A stretch of 36,182 bases of DNA from Nanobdellota archaeon. GTDB lineage: Archaea; Nanobdellota; Nanobdellia; Woesearchaeales; JAHWHD01. Of this stretch, positions 36,077 to 36,182 are shown one piece after another. The stretch covers positions 1-36,182 of the forward strand of contig JAYENX010000036.1 of NCBI GenBank assembly GCA_034722435.1. Direction: 5' to 3'. Within the stretch, counting starts at the first letter, position 1, and each line of letters starts with the position of its first letter. The translations under genes were made by a program, and so were the position numbers. Under the pieces are notes generated by a model. That model did no database searches. It was not told the origin of the DNA and saw only the letters and a list, made by a program, of their open reading frames with translations.

Positions 36077-36182
36077 TTTTCTTTTAATTTAATCTTTTTT
36101 TTTAAAAACTAATATATAATCTTAATTATTGTTTTTATTTATTATTGTTATTAACTACTCTTCTTTATTGTCATTATTTTCT

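Noticed and set aside
1-36182. CRISPR array, rRNA genes, IS transposases
   Set aside because: No regularly spaced repeats, rRNA signatures or transposase motifs were seen.

Overview
AT-rich archaeal chromosomal segment, most consistent with a DPANN lineage such as Woesearchaeota/Nanobdellota. This assignment is inferred from aEF-2, aEF-1alpha, L7Ae, S28e, L24e, S17e, Alba, archaeal-type ProRS, TATA-box promoters and BHB tRNA introns. The left third holds a rearranged translation cluster (rpl7ae-rps28e-rpl24e-ndk-fusA, then tuf-rpsJ). The rest is a mix of housekeeping and accessory genes. Most notable observations: (1) a tRNA-Arg(UCG) gene split by three BHB-type introns (D-loop, anticodon loop, T-loop); (2) a catalytically dead LAGLIDADG domain fused to an AraC-type HTH, divergent from two translationally coupled HIT proteins that both lack the nucleophilic His; (3) a Bro-N gene bracketed by an exact 30-bp duplication of the 3' end of a degenerate cis-prenyltransferase gene; (4) a four-gene ATGA-coupled operon of surface protein, sensor-less membrane class III adenylate cyclase, ASCH protein and membrane protein; (5) a pair of 2-hydroxyacyl-CoA dehydratase/PlsA-PlsR-like reductase subunits with no activase in the window; (6) a K-turn leader upstream of rpl7ae; (7) a candidate small structured RNA at the left edge. 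All family assignments come from motif recognition by eye; no searches were run. Several ORF-track starts were adjusted using ATGA overlaps, SD sites or TATA spacing.
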